Assembly: GCA_902805635.1 (NCBI GenBank)
Contig: CADCTC010000204.1
Location: forward strand, 10,903-74,902
Origin: an uncultured Chloroflexota bacterium
GTDB lineage: Bacteria > Chloroflexota > UBA11872 > UBA12225
DNA length: 64,000 nucleotides
Reading direction: 5' to 3'
Position numbers and translations under genes: made by a program
Notes under the pieces: generated by a model
Seen by the model: the letters and a program-made list of their open reading frames with translations, nothing else
Databases searched by the model: none
Told to the model about the DNA's origin: nothing
Shown: positions 37,101 through 44,844 of the stretch, one piece after another
Layout of the letters: each line of letters begins with the position of its first letter
Position numbering within the stretch: position 1 is the first letter of the stretch

Positions 37101-39693
37101 CCGCGAGGAACGAATAGAACGGCACCAGCCCGACGACCACTAGCGACGGCGCCAGCCACCTTCGCCTCACCAGCAGCAGTGCGGCGCCGGCCAAGAACGC
37201 GGCGAGACGCACCGGCTGGCCGCGATACAGGAACTCGTTGAAGATGCGCAGGAACCCGCGGGCAGAGAACTGGATGAACTCGGCGGGAGTGTGATAGCCG
37301 AAGAAGTACGTCATGGGCGAGGTGTACGGCGGCGCGGCCCAGTTGACCGCGTACTGCTCCGGCGTGGGGAACCCTGGAGTGCCGAGGCGGTGCTGGAACT
37401 CCAAATTGCGGTTCACAGTTGCCCCATATGTCCCTGGGAAGAAGGGGTCCAGGCGCGTGAGCGCGTAGCCGCCGTACATTGGCCCAGCCAGCGCCGCGAC
37501 GACGCCGGTAGCGGCGAGCCACTCGCGCCAGTCCCAGCGCAGCGCGATCGCGCCCAACGTCACGATCAGCCCGGCCAGCACGACCATGTCGGCGCGCACC
37601 AACACCAATGCGCCGCCGCAGACGCCGACCAGCGCCAGCCGCCAGGGACGGACCACCGCGCCACGGCGCACGCCCACGAACACGCCGGCCACCAGGGCCA
37701 CAAACAGAAGTGACACAAGCTCTTCGCGCAGGCCGGCGACACTGTTGGTGACCTGCGCCGGATGGAGCGCGTAGAGCAGCCCTCCAATGAGCCCGGCCAG
37801 TGGGTGCAGCACGCGCCAGCCTAACCAGCAGGTCAGAGCTGCCAGGACCACGGCAAAGCCGAGCGACGTGAGCCGGGTGTGAAAGGCGGACACACCCAAC
37901 ACGTTGTAGACCAGCCGCAGCGCAAGCGGCCATCCGGGCTCCCTGCCGTTGTTCTCTGAGGCATAGAAAGTGGCGGCGGCGCTGACGCGGCCGTCGAACC
38001 CGGACGCGTAGAGCGTGTCCAGGACCTCGGACGGGCGCTCCAGCCGGTAGCGCGCCGTTTTCTCGGGCAGTTCGGCCGCAATCGCCTGGTAACCGGCGGC
38101 GTCCGGCGCCAGCAGATCCTGGTGTACCGCCATCAGCTGCTGCCATCGAGCATCGAGCGCCACCGCGGCGACGAGCAGGCACGCGATGACGAGGGCGACT
38201 CTTGCCGCGCGGCGTCCTGGCGCTGCTGTGCCCGAGGCAAGCGCGACCAGCGCACCAACGGTCCTCTCGGCTGGCCGGGAGGACCGTGCGGCGCCGAAGA
38301 GCGACGCCAACAAAGTGAGGGCGCTCGCCGCCGCCGCAGCGTAGAAGACAATCGGAAACGTGGCGTCGGGGAGTGCCTCGCGATCGAGGCCGGCGCTCAC
38401 GGAAAACGACGTGAGAGCGGTGACGGCGGAGCCGGTGATATTGCGGGCCGAGAACCGCAGGCGATAGACCCGCTCGCCCGCCAGCAGCGGCGTCAGGTCG
38501 AACGGGGGCGTGCCAACGGCCTCGCCCACCGTCTGATTGGTCAGCAGCGTTCGGAACGGTTGGCCCTCACCGGCCGCAATCTCCAATCGGTTCTCGAACC
38601 GCACGCTCTGCACAGCGGCACCCGTAGCCGGTGCCCCGGCGACTATGCGGTCGTAGAAGTTGGACCGCAGCACCACGGCGGTGTCGGGGTCGCGCTCCAG
38701 CCGCACGACAAGCGTGCCCTCACGTCCAGGCTCCAGCGTCAGCCCGTCATACCCCGGCTGAAAACCACTCAGCTGCTCTATGCGGGTGTCGGCGGGCAGG
38801 GCGCCGTACACAAACGAGGTGTAGTAGCTGTGCCGCTGTGCACCCGGCGGATCGGCCCGCGCCCAGCCGCGCATCGCGCCCGGAAAGACGACTGTGGCCA
38901 CGACACCGGCAGCCACCGCCGCGGCGACTACCGGCGCAGCCGCTGTCAGCAGCCGCGTCGCACCTGGACCGAAACCGCGACATCCCCTGGCCACCCAATC
39001 CACTATGCGCTGTTGCCTGGCATCCAGAAACACAACTCCGGCTGCCAGGGCGGCGCATGCCAGGACAAAAGGCGTTCCGGGGAATAGGAGGGCGAACAGG
39101 CCACGTACGGCTGCCTCGTGCGCCAGCTGCGCGGGAGTCAGCACGCCGGCGACCAGCAGCAGGGCGGCGTACGCCAGCGTGGCTGCGAGCGCCAGGGGAA
39201 GCGCACGGACGGCGCGAACGCGGACGCGTTGGAGCGCTCCCCACAGGCCACCGGGCGCGGCGGTATTGGCCATCAGCGCCACCAGCACGCCAAGCGCGGC
39301 TGCCGGCACGAGCCACACGTGCCACCACCCGCTCAGCCAGACCGGCAGCGCTGCGGCGCGGATAGGCCAGCCAGGCTCGACCACGAGCAGCGCCGCCAGC
39401 GCCGTCATAAGCACGACGCCGGCAGCGTGCCGGACCCATCGGCCGTTGTTGTCCGTTGGTGTGCCGGGCACCGGCGGTATGGCGGGTGTCGCACGGGCGA
39501 ATGGCGCCGCCGGGGCGGGAGTCGCGTTCTCAGTCACGCGCCGCGCTCCGGTCACGGGCACACCCGACCCGCGCGGCGACCGAGAAACCAAGGGTGACTT
39601 GCTATGCTCCCGCGCAGCTTGAAAATGGCCACTGCGGTTGCGGCTCGTGCAGCCGCGGGGCCATCGAGCCGGTCCTCGTGACGCAGTGGACAA
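34153..39693 (-). CDS. Giant (up to 1846 aa) polytopic membrane protein made of two tandem units of about 900 aa, each ending in a GT-C-like module
   Basis: It is a single uninterrupted frame. Unit 1 (about aa 85-905) and unit 2 (about aa 925-1825) align throughout, for example ARWQQLM at aa 515 and 1428, and GREPGWP(L/F)ALRLVYNVLGVSAFHTRL at aa 583 and 1496. The true start is probably downstream of 39693 (in-frame GTGs at about 39561, 39555, 39537 and 39471), because 39693 leaves only 15 nt to the divergent gene. Confidence 0.8.
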   Translation of the reverse strand: MSTASRGPARWPRGCTSRNRSGHFQAAREHSKSPLVSRSPRGSGVPVTGARRVTENATPAPAAPFARATPAIPPVPGTPTDNNGRWVRHAAGVVLMTALAALLVVEPGWPIRAAALPVWLSGWWHVWLVPAAALGVLVALMANTAAPGGLWGALQRVRVRAVRALPLALAATLAYAALLLVAGVLTPAQLAHEAAVRGLFALLFPGTPFVLACAALAAGVVFLDARQQRIVDWVARGCRGFGPGATRLLTAAAPVVAAAVAAGVVATVVFPGAMRGWARADPPGAQRHSYYTSFVYGALPADTRIEQLSGFQPGYDGLTLEPGREGTLVVRLERDPDTAVVLRSNFYDRIVAGAPATGAAVQSVRFENRLEIAAGEGQPFRTLLTNQTVGEAVGTPPFDLTPLLAGERVYRLRFSARNITGSAVTALTSFSVSAGLDREALPDATFPIVFYAAAAASALTLLASLFGAARSSRPAERTVGALVALASGTAAPGRRAARVALVIACLLVAAVALDARWQQLMAVHQDLLAPDAAGYQAIAAELPEKTARYRLERPSEVLDTLYASGFDGRVSAAATFYASENNGREPGWPLALRLVYNVLGVSAFHTRLTSLGFAVVLAALTCWLGWRVLHPLAGLIGGLLYALHPAQVTNSVAGLREELVSLLFVALVAGVFVGVRRGAVVRPWRLALVGVCGGALVLVRADMVVLAGLIVTLGAIALRWDWREWLAATGVVAALAGPMYGGYALTRLDPFFPGTYGATVNRNLEFQHRLGTPGFPTPEQYAVNWAAPPYTSPMTYFFGYHTPAEFIQFSARGFLRIFNEFLYRGQPVRLAAFLAGAALLLVRRRWLAPSLVVVGLVPFYSFLAGAPGPMFVPRYAHHVLPYTELIAGYGLGALPLLVLHRVAAARPRLAAALPLRFLSRLGGPRRSIPIGVIFAGALAVALAIEPAGATRLAAPPLWLAGFWRAWLVSLTAGVLLLALAANAVSPGAANRAYRSLLRGVGPSLPALLAVGLGYASLAMVAGVVTPAAASRAAALFGMQLVLFPGTPMALACIAIGALVLRIDGRGQSLPQQLARWWRGAAPLLARWLPSGASLAGTALAAAAVAAAVFPDAMRGWGTAAAPDAQAHDLYRSFFNYSLTEDARQEQRSGFGLGLRGLTLAPGASGSIVTRLDRPPRSVVLLKAEFYNRRLAESGETLSDESFPNALEVAAGEGAPFVPVLRDASLGEIAGGQMLDLTPLLGTETVYRLRFSASNTTTGEVTVLPSFLVSVVTDEGTVPHATFPIVAYAAVAAAIVHALARGAGRASFAGPSGLVAGVLVAGVARLAALAAPAAPTARMGAVLDTSLLLDLHNSPDADYALRAARLAAGLIITVAASVAAWAALRRGDAGSVSASRGEGAAGGMGQARRYGRAWLLVACLVVAAVATDARWQQLMQVRYQFLVPDARDYQAIAAGVPEKMSRYRLARPSPLLEAAYESGFDGHVSAAAAFYAADHMGREPGWPFALRLVYNVLGVSAFHTRLASLGLSVALAALTCWLGWRVLHPLAGLAGGLLYALNPAQIANGVAGLREELVAIFFLGLVSAIFVDARPGDSPRPWRIALVGTCAGGLILVRADMLVLAGLVMTLGALALRWDWRAWVAAVLVTGVLAGPMYAGYAFTRLDPFYPGTYGATVNRNLEFPERMGTPGFPSQEAYAADWAAGPSISPMTYFFGYHSITTFVEYSVRGFIRIFPDILFRDQLVIGGRPVALWLFIAGTALLLATRRWLIPFVVVASLAPFYAFMAGVPNPWVFAPRYAHHALPYAVLAAAYAVCAVPLWLASRVRRGHSLSGAGGAPAIAADVSGGTF
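34219..36921 (-). repeat. Intragenic repeat unit 2 of the giant gene (approximate bounds; carries an extra insert of about 74 aa)
   Basis: The offset between matching motifs is 839 aa near the unit starts and 913 aa from ARWQQLM onward. Confidence 0.7.
36979..39441 (-). repeat. Intragenic repeat unit 1 of the giant gene (approximate bounds)
   Basis: Hand alignment of the two protein halves. Bounds are good to within a few tens of nt. Confidence 0.7.
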
Positions 39694-39708
39694 ACACCTG
39701 ACACCGGC

Positions 39709-40800
39709 ATGAAACCGGCACTCCTCTCCTGGCTTGTCTGCCCCGCCTGTCGCCAGGATCTCACCTGTACGGCGGTCGAAGAGCGCGACGGCGAGATCAT
39801 CGAAGGCCAGCTGTCGTGCGGCGGCTGCGGTGCTGTCTATCCCATTCTGCGGGGCATCCCGCGCATGGCGCAGGGACCACTGCTACCGGAGCAGGAACGC
39901 ACTGCCAAGGCGTTTGGCTACGAGTGGAAGCGCTTCCACGTGTACCACCCGGAGTATGAGCGCCAGTTCCTGGAGTGGGTGGCGCCGCTGACGCCGGCCG
40001 ACTTTCGAGGCAAGTTGGTGTTGGACGCAGGCTGCGGCATGGGGCGTCACACGCTCCTCTCGTCCGGCTTCGGCGCGGCGGCGGTGATCGGGATCGATCT
40101 GAGCGCGGCGGTGGAATCTGCATACCGCAACACGAAATCGCTCCCCAACGCGCACGTCGTGCAGGCCGACATCACCCGGCTGCCGTTTCGGTCACCCTTT
40201 GACCTCGTCTATTCCGTTGGAGTGCTGCACCATCTGCCGAATCCGGCCCGCGGGTTCGCGTCTTTGGTCACACACCTCAAGGACGGCGGACGCATCGCGG
40301 CGTGGGTCTATGGCGCGGAAGGCAACTTCCTAGTGACGCGCCTGCTCAACCCGTTCCGCCTGGCAGTCACGGCGCGCCTGCCGCTGCGGGCGCTTGACGC
40401 GATGAGCTGGGTCCCGGCGGCGCTGGCCTATCCGTTCTTGAAGACGGTCTTCCAGGCTATCCAGCGCCGGCCGGCACTGCGCGCGCGGCTGAGCGTTATC
40501 CCGTACCTGGAGTACGCCTGCTACCTCTCCGACCTTGGCCTGAACCCGCTGCACTCCATTGTCTTTGACCACCTGGCGCCGGAGATCTCCTTCTACCTGC
40601 GGCGCGAAGACATGGAGGCGTGGTGCCGGGACAACCACCTGGTTGATACCGGCATCTATTGGCACAAGCGGTACTCATGGCGGGTGCAAGGGACACGCAG
40701 GGCGACTTTAGTCCCAGTAGGGCCGGCTGTAGAAGAGCCGATGCCGGCGGCCGTTCCGGACAGCAGGGAACCAGCGACGATCTCGGGGGAGCGCGCTTGA
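39709..40800 (+). CDS. Zinc-ribbon (Trm112-like) plus class I SAM-dependent methyltransferase
   Basis: The zinc ribbon reads LVCPACRQDL...LSCGGCGAVYPILRGIPRM. Motif I is LVLDAGCGMGRH, and VGVLHHLPNP follows. Confidence 0.85.
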   Translation: MKPALLSWLVCPACRQDLTCTAVEERDGEIIEGQLSCGGCGAVYPILRGIPRMAQGPLLPEQERTAKAFGYEWKRFHVYHPEYERQFLEWVAPLTPADFRGKLVLDAGCGMGRHTLLSSGFGAAAVIGIDLSAAVESAYRNTKSLPNAHVVQADITRLPFRSPFDLVYSVGVLHHLPNPARGFASLVTHLKDGGRIAAWVYGAEGNFLVTRLLNPFRLAVTARLPLRALDAMSWVPAALAYPFLKTVFQAIQRRPALRARLSVIPYLEYACYLSDLGLNPLHSIVFDHLAPEISFYLRREDMEAWCRDNHLVDTGIYWHKRYSWRVQGTRRATLVPVGPAVEEPMPAAVPDSREPATISGERA

Positions 40801-40814
40801 GGGGGGCACCGCCG

Positions 40815-41474
40815 GTGCAGGGCAGCGGCCGGCTGCACGTGCCACGCCGTGAGCACATCTCGCGCGTGGATCCTTCGGACCCGCTGGACTTCTATTACGC
40901 GCCGCACACGGCGTGGATCTTCCGCTGGCGGCTCCAGCTCGCGCTGGACCTGCTGGGACCTGGCCCGTTCGAGCGCGTGTTGGAGGCCGGCTACGGCAGC
41001 GGCATCCTGCTGCCGAGCCTAGCGGCGCGCAGCGGCGCCCTGCACGCCATGGACCTACATCGGCGTACCGATCTTGTGGCGCCGATGCTGCGCCAGGAGC
41101 ACGTACACGCCGCGCTCATAGTGGGAGACGTGTGCGGCCTTCCGTACGCACCCGGCACATTCGACGCGCTGGTGTGCATCAGCACACTGGAGCACCTACA
41201 CGGCCCTGAGCTCAGCGCGGCGGTGGAGGGGTTCCAGCGCGTGCTGCGTCCCGGCGGCGTGGCGGTGGTGGGGGTGCCCGCGTCAGGCAGAGTGATGGAA
41301 GGACTGTTCAGAGCAATCGGGTTTAATGAGATCGACGACCATCACGTCTCGACCCGCAACGCCATCGAAGTCGAGCTGCGGCGGTGCTTCCACGTTGAAC
41401 GGCAGGCACACCTGCCAGCAGTGGTGCCGCAGTCGGCTGCGCTGTACACCGTGCTACGTTGCCGCCGGCACTGA
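40815..41474 (+). CDS. Class I SAM-dependent methyltransferase (Methyltransf_11-like)
   Basis: RVLEAGYGSGIL, FDALVCISTLEHL and LRPGGVAVV are present. I chose the GTG start at 40815, just after the upstream stop. The start is uncertain. Confidence 0.7.
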   Translation: MQGSGRLHVPRREHISRVDPSDPLDFYYAPHTAWIFRWRLQLALDLLGPGPFERVLEAGYGSGILLPSLAARSGALHAMDLHRRTDLVAPMLRQEHVHAALIVGDVCGLPYAPGTFDALVCISTLEHLHGPELSAAVEGFQRVLRPGGVAVVGVPASGRVMEGLFRAIGFNEIDDHHVSTRNAIEVELRRCFHVERQAHLPAVVPQSAALYTVLRCRRH

Positions 41475-41487
41475 GCGAAGCGGGCAG

Positions 41488-42087
41488 CTAGGGGTGCCAG
41501 GGTGTGGGTGGCGCGAGCGTCCAGCGCACGATCACCAGCGTGGCGACCAGCCAGTAGGGTCTAAGTGCGTGGGGACCAAACGCCCGTTGCATGATCAGCA
41601 TCCCGCAGGCTAGCAGCAGTGCCGCCCAGGCCATCATCGGTAGCCCAGACGCCGGATCGGCGCGGAAACGCCAAAGCAGCACTGTCGCCACGGCGCTCGC
41701 CCAGGCCGCCGCGTTTGCCACCGGCTGCGCACCCCGGCCAGACAGGGTCCCTTCAACTGCCGGCCGTGAGAGCGCACCAGGCGAGCGGACCATGCTGGCC
41801 ATCCCACGTATGACGGCAGCCGCTGTCACCGCTACGAAAGCGACGACGACCCACGAGAGATACCCCCGAGCAAGGGTGAGCGGGGCGTTCAGCGGATCAG
41901 CCCACGCCTGGAATGTCTGCACCCCCCACAAAGCGGGAACGAGCGCGAGCACAGCGGCCAAAGGCAGCGTCTGCTTGAGCGGGTGGGGCGGCGCAGGCAC
42001 GGTGCGCGCTAGCACCAGCCGCCTCCTCGCCTTCTGGTCACTGGCGCCACCATGCGGTGGCAAACGCCAGGTGGCCGGCGAGGTCAC
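41488..42087 (-). CDS. Small multi-pass membrane protein, unknown function
   Basis: It has four hydrophobic segments. A start at 42087 would overlap the upstream gene by 50 nt, and an in-frame GTG at about 42015 is an alternative. Confidence 0.45.
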   Translation of the reverse strand: MTSPATWRLPPHGGASDQKARRRLVLARTVPAPPHPLKQTLPLAAVLALVPALWGVQTFQAWADPLNAPLTLARGYLSWVVVAFVAVTAAAVIRGMASMVRSPGALSRPAVEGTLSGRGAQPVANAAAWASAVATVLLWRFRADPASGLPMMAWAALLLACGMLIMQRAFGPHALRPYWLVATLVIVRWTLAPPTPWHP

Positions 42088-43462
42088 TCAGCACCAATCC
42101 GGCAGCGGCAGCCACGAGCCCCCCTGCCGGCAGCCATCGCAACACGAGCACGCGCGTGGAATCGCGTCGCGTGGGTTGTTCTTCGGTTAGGTCGATGCGG
42201 TGGGCATACCCATCGCCCTGTGACGAAAACGTGCGGGATAGCCACTGCCCGCACCACACTGCTGCCCATGCTCCCAGTACGTACCACGCCGGGTACGCCA
42301 GGTACAGCGTACGCGGAAACATCCTGCTCACCGCAGCGCCACCCGTCACGGTGAGGATCCACACCAACGCCCACACCCGCACACGGGGAGGCGCCACCAC
42401 CAGCCCAACCAACCCCAAAAGAAATACCGGCGGCGTCGGCGTAATGACCCCCTGAATGACGGCGCGCAGCACTACGTCAAGAAGTGTGTCCTGCCGTCCC
42501 TCAGCGAGACCCAAGCTTTGCGCAACCATGAGCCCCCACGAGTTGTAGGTCGCGATGCGACCCTCTGTGACGATTCCGAGGAGCCCCCACCACAGTACCT
42601 GCAGCGCCAGGTAAGCGCATGGCACGCCCACAGCCAACACGGCCGCCTCCCGCCACCGTGCATCACGTAGAAGCCACCCGTACGCGGCGTAGACAACCAC
42701 GAGCAAGACCAGCAAGGGAGGGCCGATCTCCAGCGTTGCATTGGCCACGAAAAACACCAGCGCCACGTACCAGACCGCGGCACTGCTCCACGTGTGCGCA
42801 AGCGCGAGGGCAGTACTGGCGCCCGTCGAACTGCCAATGGCGCTCCGCCTGTGCGACTCCTGGTTGGCGACGGGTCGGCCGAGATGTTCTTTCACGTGGT
42901 TCACGGCCGGAAAGACCGCCCTGTCCAGGAGGAGCATCGCCAGCGGCGCTGCCGCGTAACCGAACGGATGAGGATCCACCTGACCGGCGTAGTGGTGGAA
43001 GCCGGGGCTTACCACCGCAAGAGCGCCCGCGACTTGCCCAGCGCGGTGCCGGTCAGCTGTGCAGATGGTCGTATGTCGCAGGACCGAGGTACACAGCGCC
43101 GCCGTGGCGAAGACGCTCACCACCCAGCACACTAAGGTCCAGACATTCGAGGCGAGCACGATTCCACCGACCCATGGCAGTAGCAGCGCGATGAGCACGC
43201 CGGGCAAGAAGCGTGAGCCGTTCTGACTCAGCAGGGCAGGTCCGCCGACGTGCGCTCGACTCCGCTCACCCCAATGCTCGCTGCCCTCGGCCACCAGGAC
43301 CGTTTGCAGCACGTCGATCCACTCCCACTCGACCAGGAAGCCTTCGTGCTCGACGAGCAAGTGTGGGCCGAGCGCACCGATCCACGTCCGGCCCATAAAG
43401 CGTGGCGCGGCGGTAAGCAGGATGATCAGGAAGACCACGGCGACTGTCAGCGCTTGCCGTCT
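42038..43462 (-). CDS. Family A polytopic membrane protein (paralogue 3, more divergent)
   Basis: It has the same layout as the other two. There is an N-terminal TM, then a loop, then NVWTLVCWVVSVFATAAL (compare NLLSWWAASLSVWWL). The C-terminal RTLYLAYPAWY matches RVAYFMYPALY. The start is tentatively GTG 43462. The 639-aa track ORF runs into the divergent intergenic region. Confidence 0.55.
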   Translation of the reverse strand, partial: RRQALTVAVVFLIILLTAAPRFMGRTWIGALGPHLLVEHEGFLVEWEWIDVLQTVLVAEGSEHWGERSRAHVGGPALLSQNGSRFLPGVLIALLLPWVGGIVLASNVWTLVCWVVSVFATAALCTSVLRHTTICTADRHRAGQVAGALAVVSPGFHHYAGQVDPHPFGYAAAPLAMLLLDRAVFPAVNHVKEHLGRPVANQESHRRSAIGSSTGASTALALAHTWSSAAVWYVALVFFVANATLEIGPPLLVLLVVVYAAYGWLLRDARWREAAVLAVGVPCAYLALQVLWWGLLGIVTEGRIATYNSWGLMVAQSLGLAEGRQDTLLDVVLRAVIQGVITPTPPVFLLGLVGLVVAPPRVRVWALVWILTVTGGAAVSRMFPRTLYLAYPAWYVLGAWAAVWCGQWLSRTFSSQGDGYAHRIDLTEEQPTRRDSTRVLVLRWLPAGGLVAAAAGLVLSDLAGHLAFATAWWRQ

Positions 43463-43780
43463 CACGTGCCCATCGTTACCTGTGCCACGAACCCTCCAGT
43501 CCGCTCTCTCGCGCGGACGTGGTTCTGGCGCCGCGTCTAATCCACGGGCTGAAACGTGCCCGAGATTGCCCTGGCGGCTGCCGGTAGCACAACCTTGCCG
43601 GCAACGTTGTAGAACTGTGGCGCCGCCGCTCGAACAACCAATACGACCGTGCCAGCCGCCGGTCCAGACGTGGCCGGCCGGGCACCCCGTGTGATGGCCG
43701 CGGCTCTTCAGGCCGGACCGCGGGAAGGGCAAGCCGCGCGCCAGGCTGTACCAACACACTCGACAACGGCGCCTGCCATC

Positions 43781-44683
43781 ATGGCTGGGCGGGCGGCAGA
43801 GTGGATCGTCGCGCTGGGCCTGGTAGCGCTGGCGGCGGTGCGCGTCTTTACATTCGACCAATGGGCGGACGGCGACTGGCTCAGCTACGGCCGGCACGCG
43901 CTCTTCGGTACCGCGGTGGCGGCCGGGACGTGGCTGTTGGTCCGCCTGCAGTTGCACGCGCGCGCCTCGCTGCTGCGTGCCCTACCGTGGCTGGCCGCGC
44001 TGGCCATCACCCTGCAGTTTGACGTGCCGCACCTCCAGCGGATCACCCATCCGGTGGTACGGAGCCGTGAGCTGGTGGTCGCCAACGCTTTCGATAGCGC
44101 TCAGAGCATCGGGGGAGCCGCTTCGCCCAACCGCTGGAGTCCCGAAGTTGGGCAAGGCGGCAGCGTGGCCGTCCAGGACGGCGCGGCGGTCTTGACGGCG
44201 CCCGCCGGCGCGGGGGCGTTCCTGGAGCTCCCGACACCGAAGCGACTGGATCTGAACGCGGGCCTGGATTGGCTGCCACGAGGATTCGCCCTGGAAACTT
44301 ATGATGAATCACTGGATTGGACGGCAGCCGTCACCCTAGAGCGGCCATTCCTGGTAATGGTGGACACAGAGCCGTTACTGCTCCAAGCAACGCCGTACGG
44401 GCTGCACCTCACGTTTCCAGACCTCGCGACGCGCAGGACCACCGAACACCAGATCGAGCTACTGGACATCCCCGGCAGCCAGGCGCGTGCCTATACGCTG
44501 GAGCGAGCTGATGGCTTGATACGGCTACGGATCAATGGCGAAGGTGTGTGGGTCCAGCCCGACCCCGGGCCGCTCGTCCGGGTGCGTTTCGGGGAAACTC
44601 GGCCAAGCGAGTTGCACGGCGGACGGATAGTTCTCGATAACGTGCGGTACGTTCGGCGCTTCGTCGAGCAGCCACGTGGCTGA
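43781..44683 (+). CDS. Family C protein (paralogue 3)
   Basis: FTFDQWADGDW, ITHPVVR, LLLQATPYGLHLTFPD, LIRLRINGEGVW and VRFGETRPSELHGG are present. The start is trimmed to ATG 43781. Confidence 0.7.
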   Translation: MAGRAAEWIVALGLVALAAVRVFTFDQWADGDWLSYGRHALFGTAVAAGTWLLVRLQLHARASLLRALPWLAALAITLQFDVPHLQRITHPVVRSRELVVANAFDSAQSIGGAASPNRWSPEVGQGGSVAVQDGAAVLTAPAGAGAFLELPTPKRLDLNAGLDWLPRGFALETYDESLDWTAAVTLERPFLVMVDTEPLLLQATPYGLHLTFPDLATRRTTEHQIELLDIPGSQARAYTLERADGLIRLRINGEGVWVQPDPGPLVRVRFGETRPSELHGGRIVLDNVRYVRRFVEQPRG

Positions 44684-44844
44684 CGCCGCTGTGCTGGACA
44701 CATTCCGGTGGCGTGCGGACGCGGCCGGGCGGTCAATGACAGCGTTACACTTGGCGCTGGTAGACGGCGTCCGTCGCGTGGAAGCAGCATGGCGACCGTC
44801 GCACCGCTCCCTGGGCGCTGTGCGCTCACCCGACCCGCGGCGCC

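Noticed and set aside
33986-39087. Several alternate-frame ORFs of 300-560 aa inside the giant gene (33986..35194, 35065..35976, 36506..38182, 38122..39087)
   Set aside because: They are Arg/Gly/Pro/Ala-rich with no hydrophobic periodicity. They exist only because stop codons are rare at this GC content. The frame of 34153..39693 alone shows the internal duplication and TM pattern.
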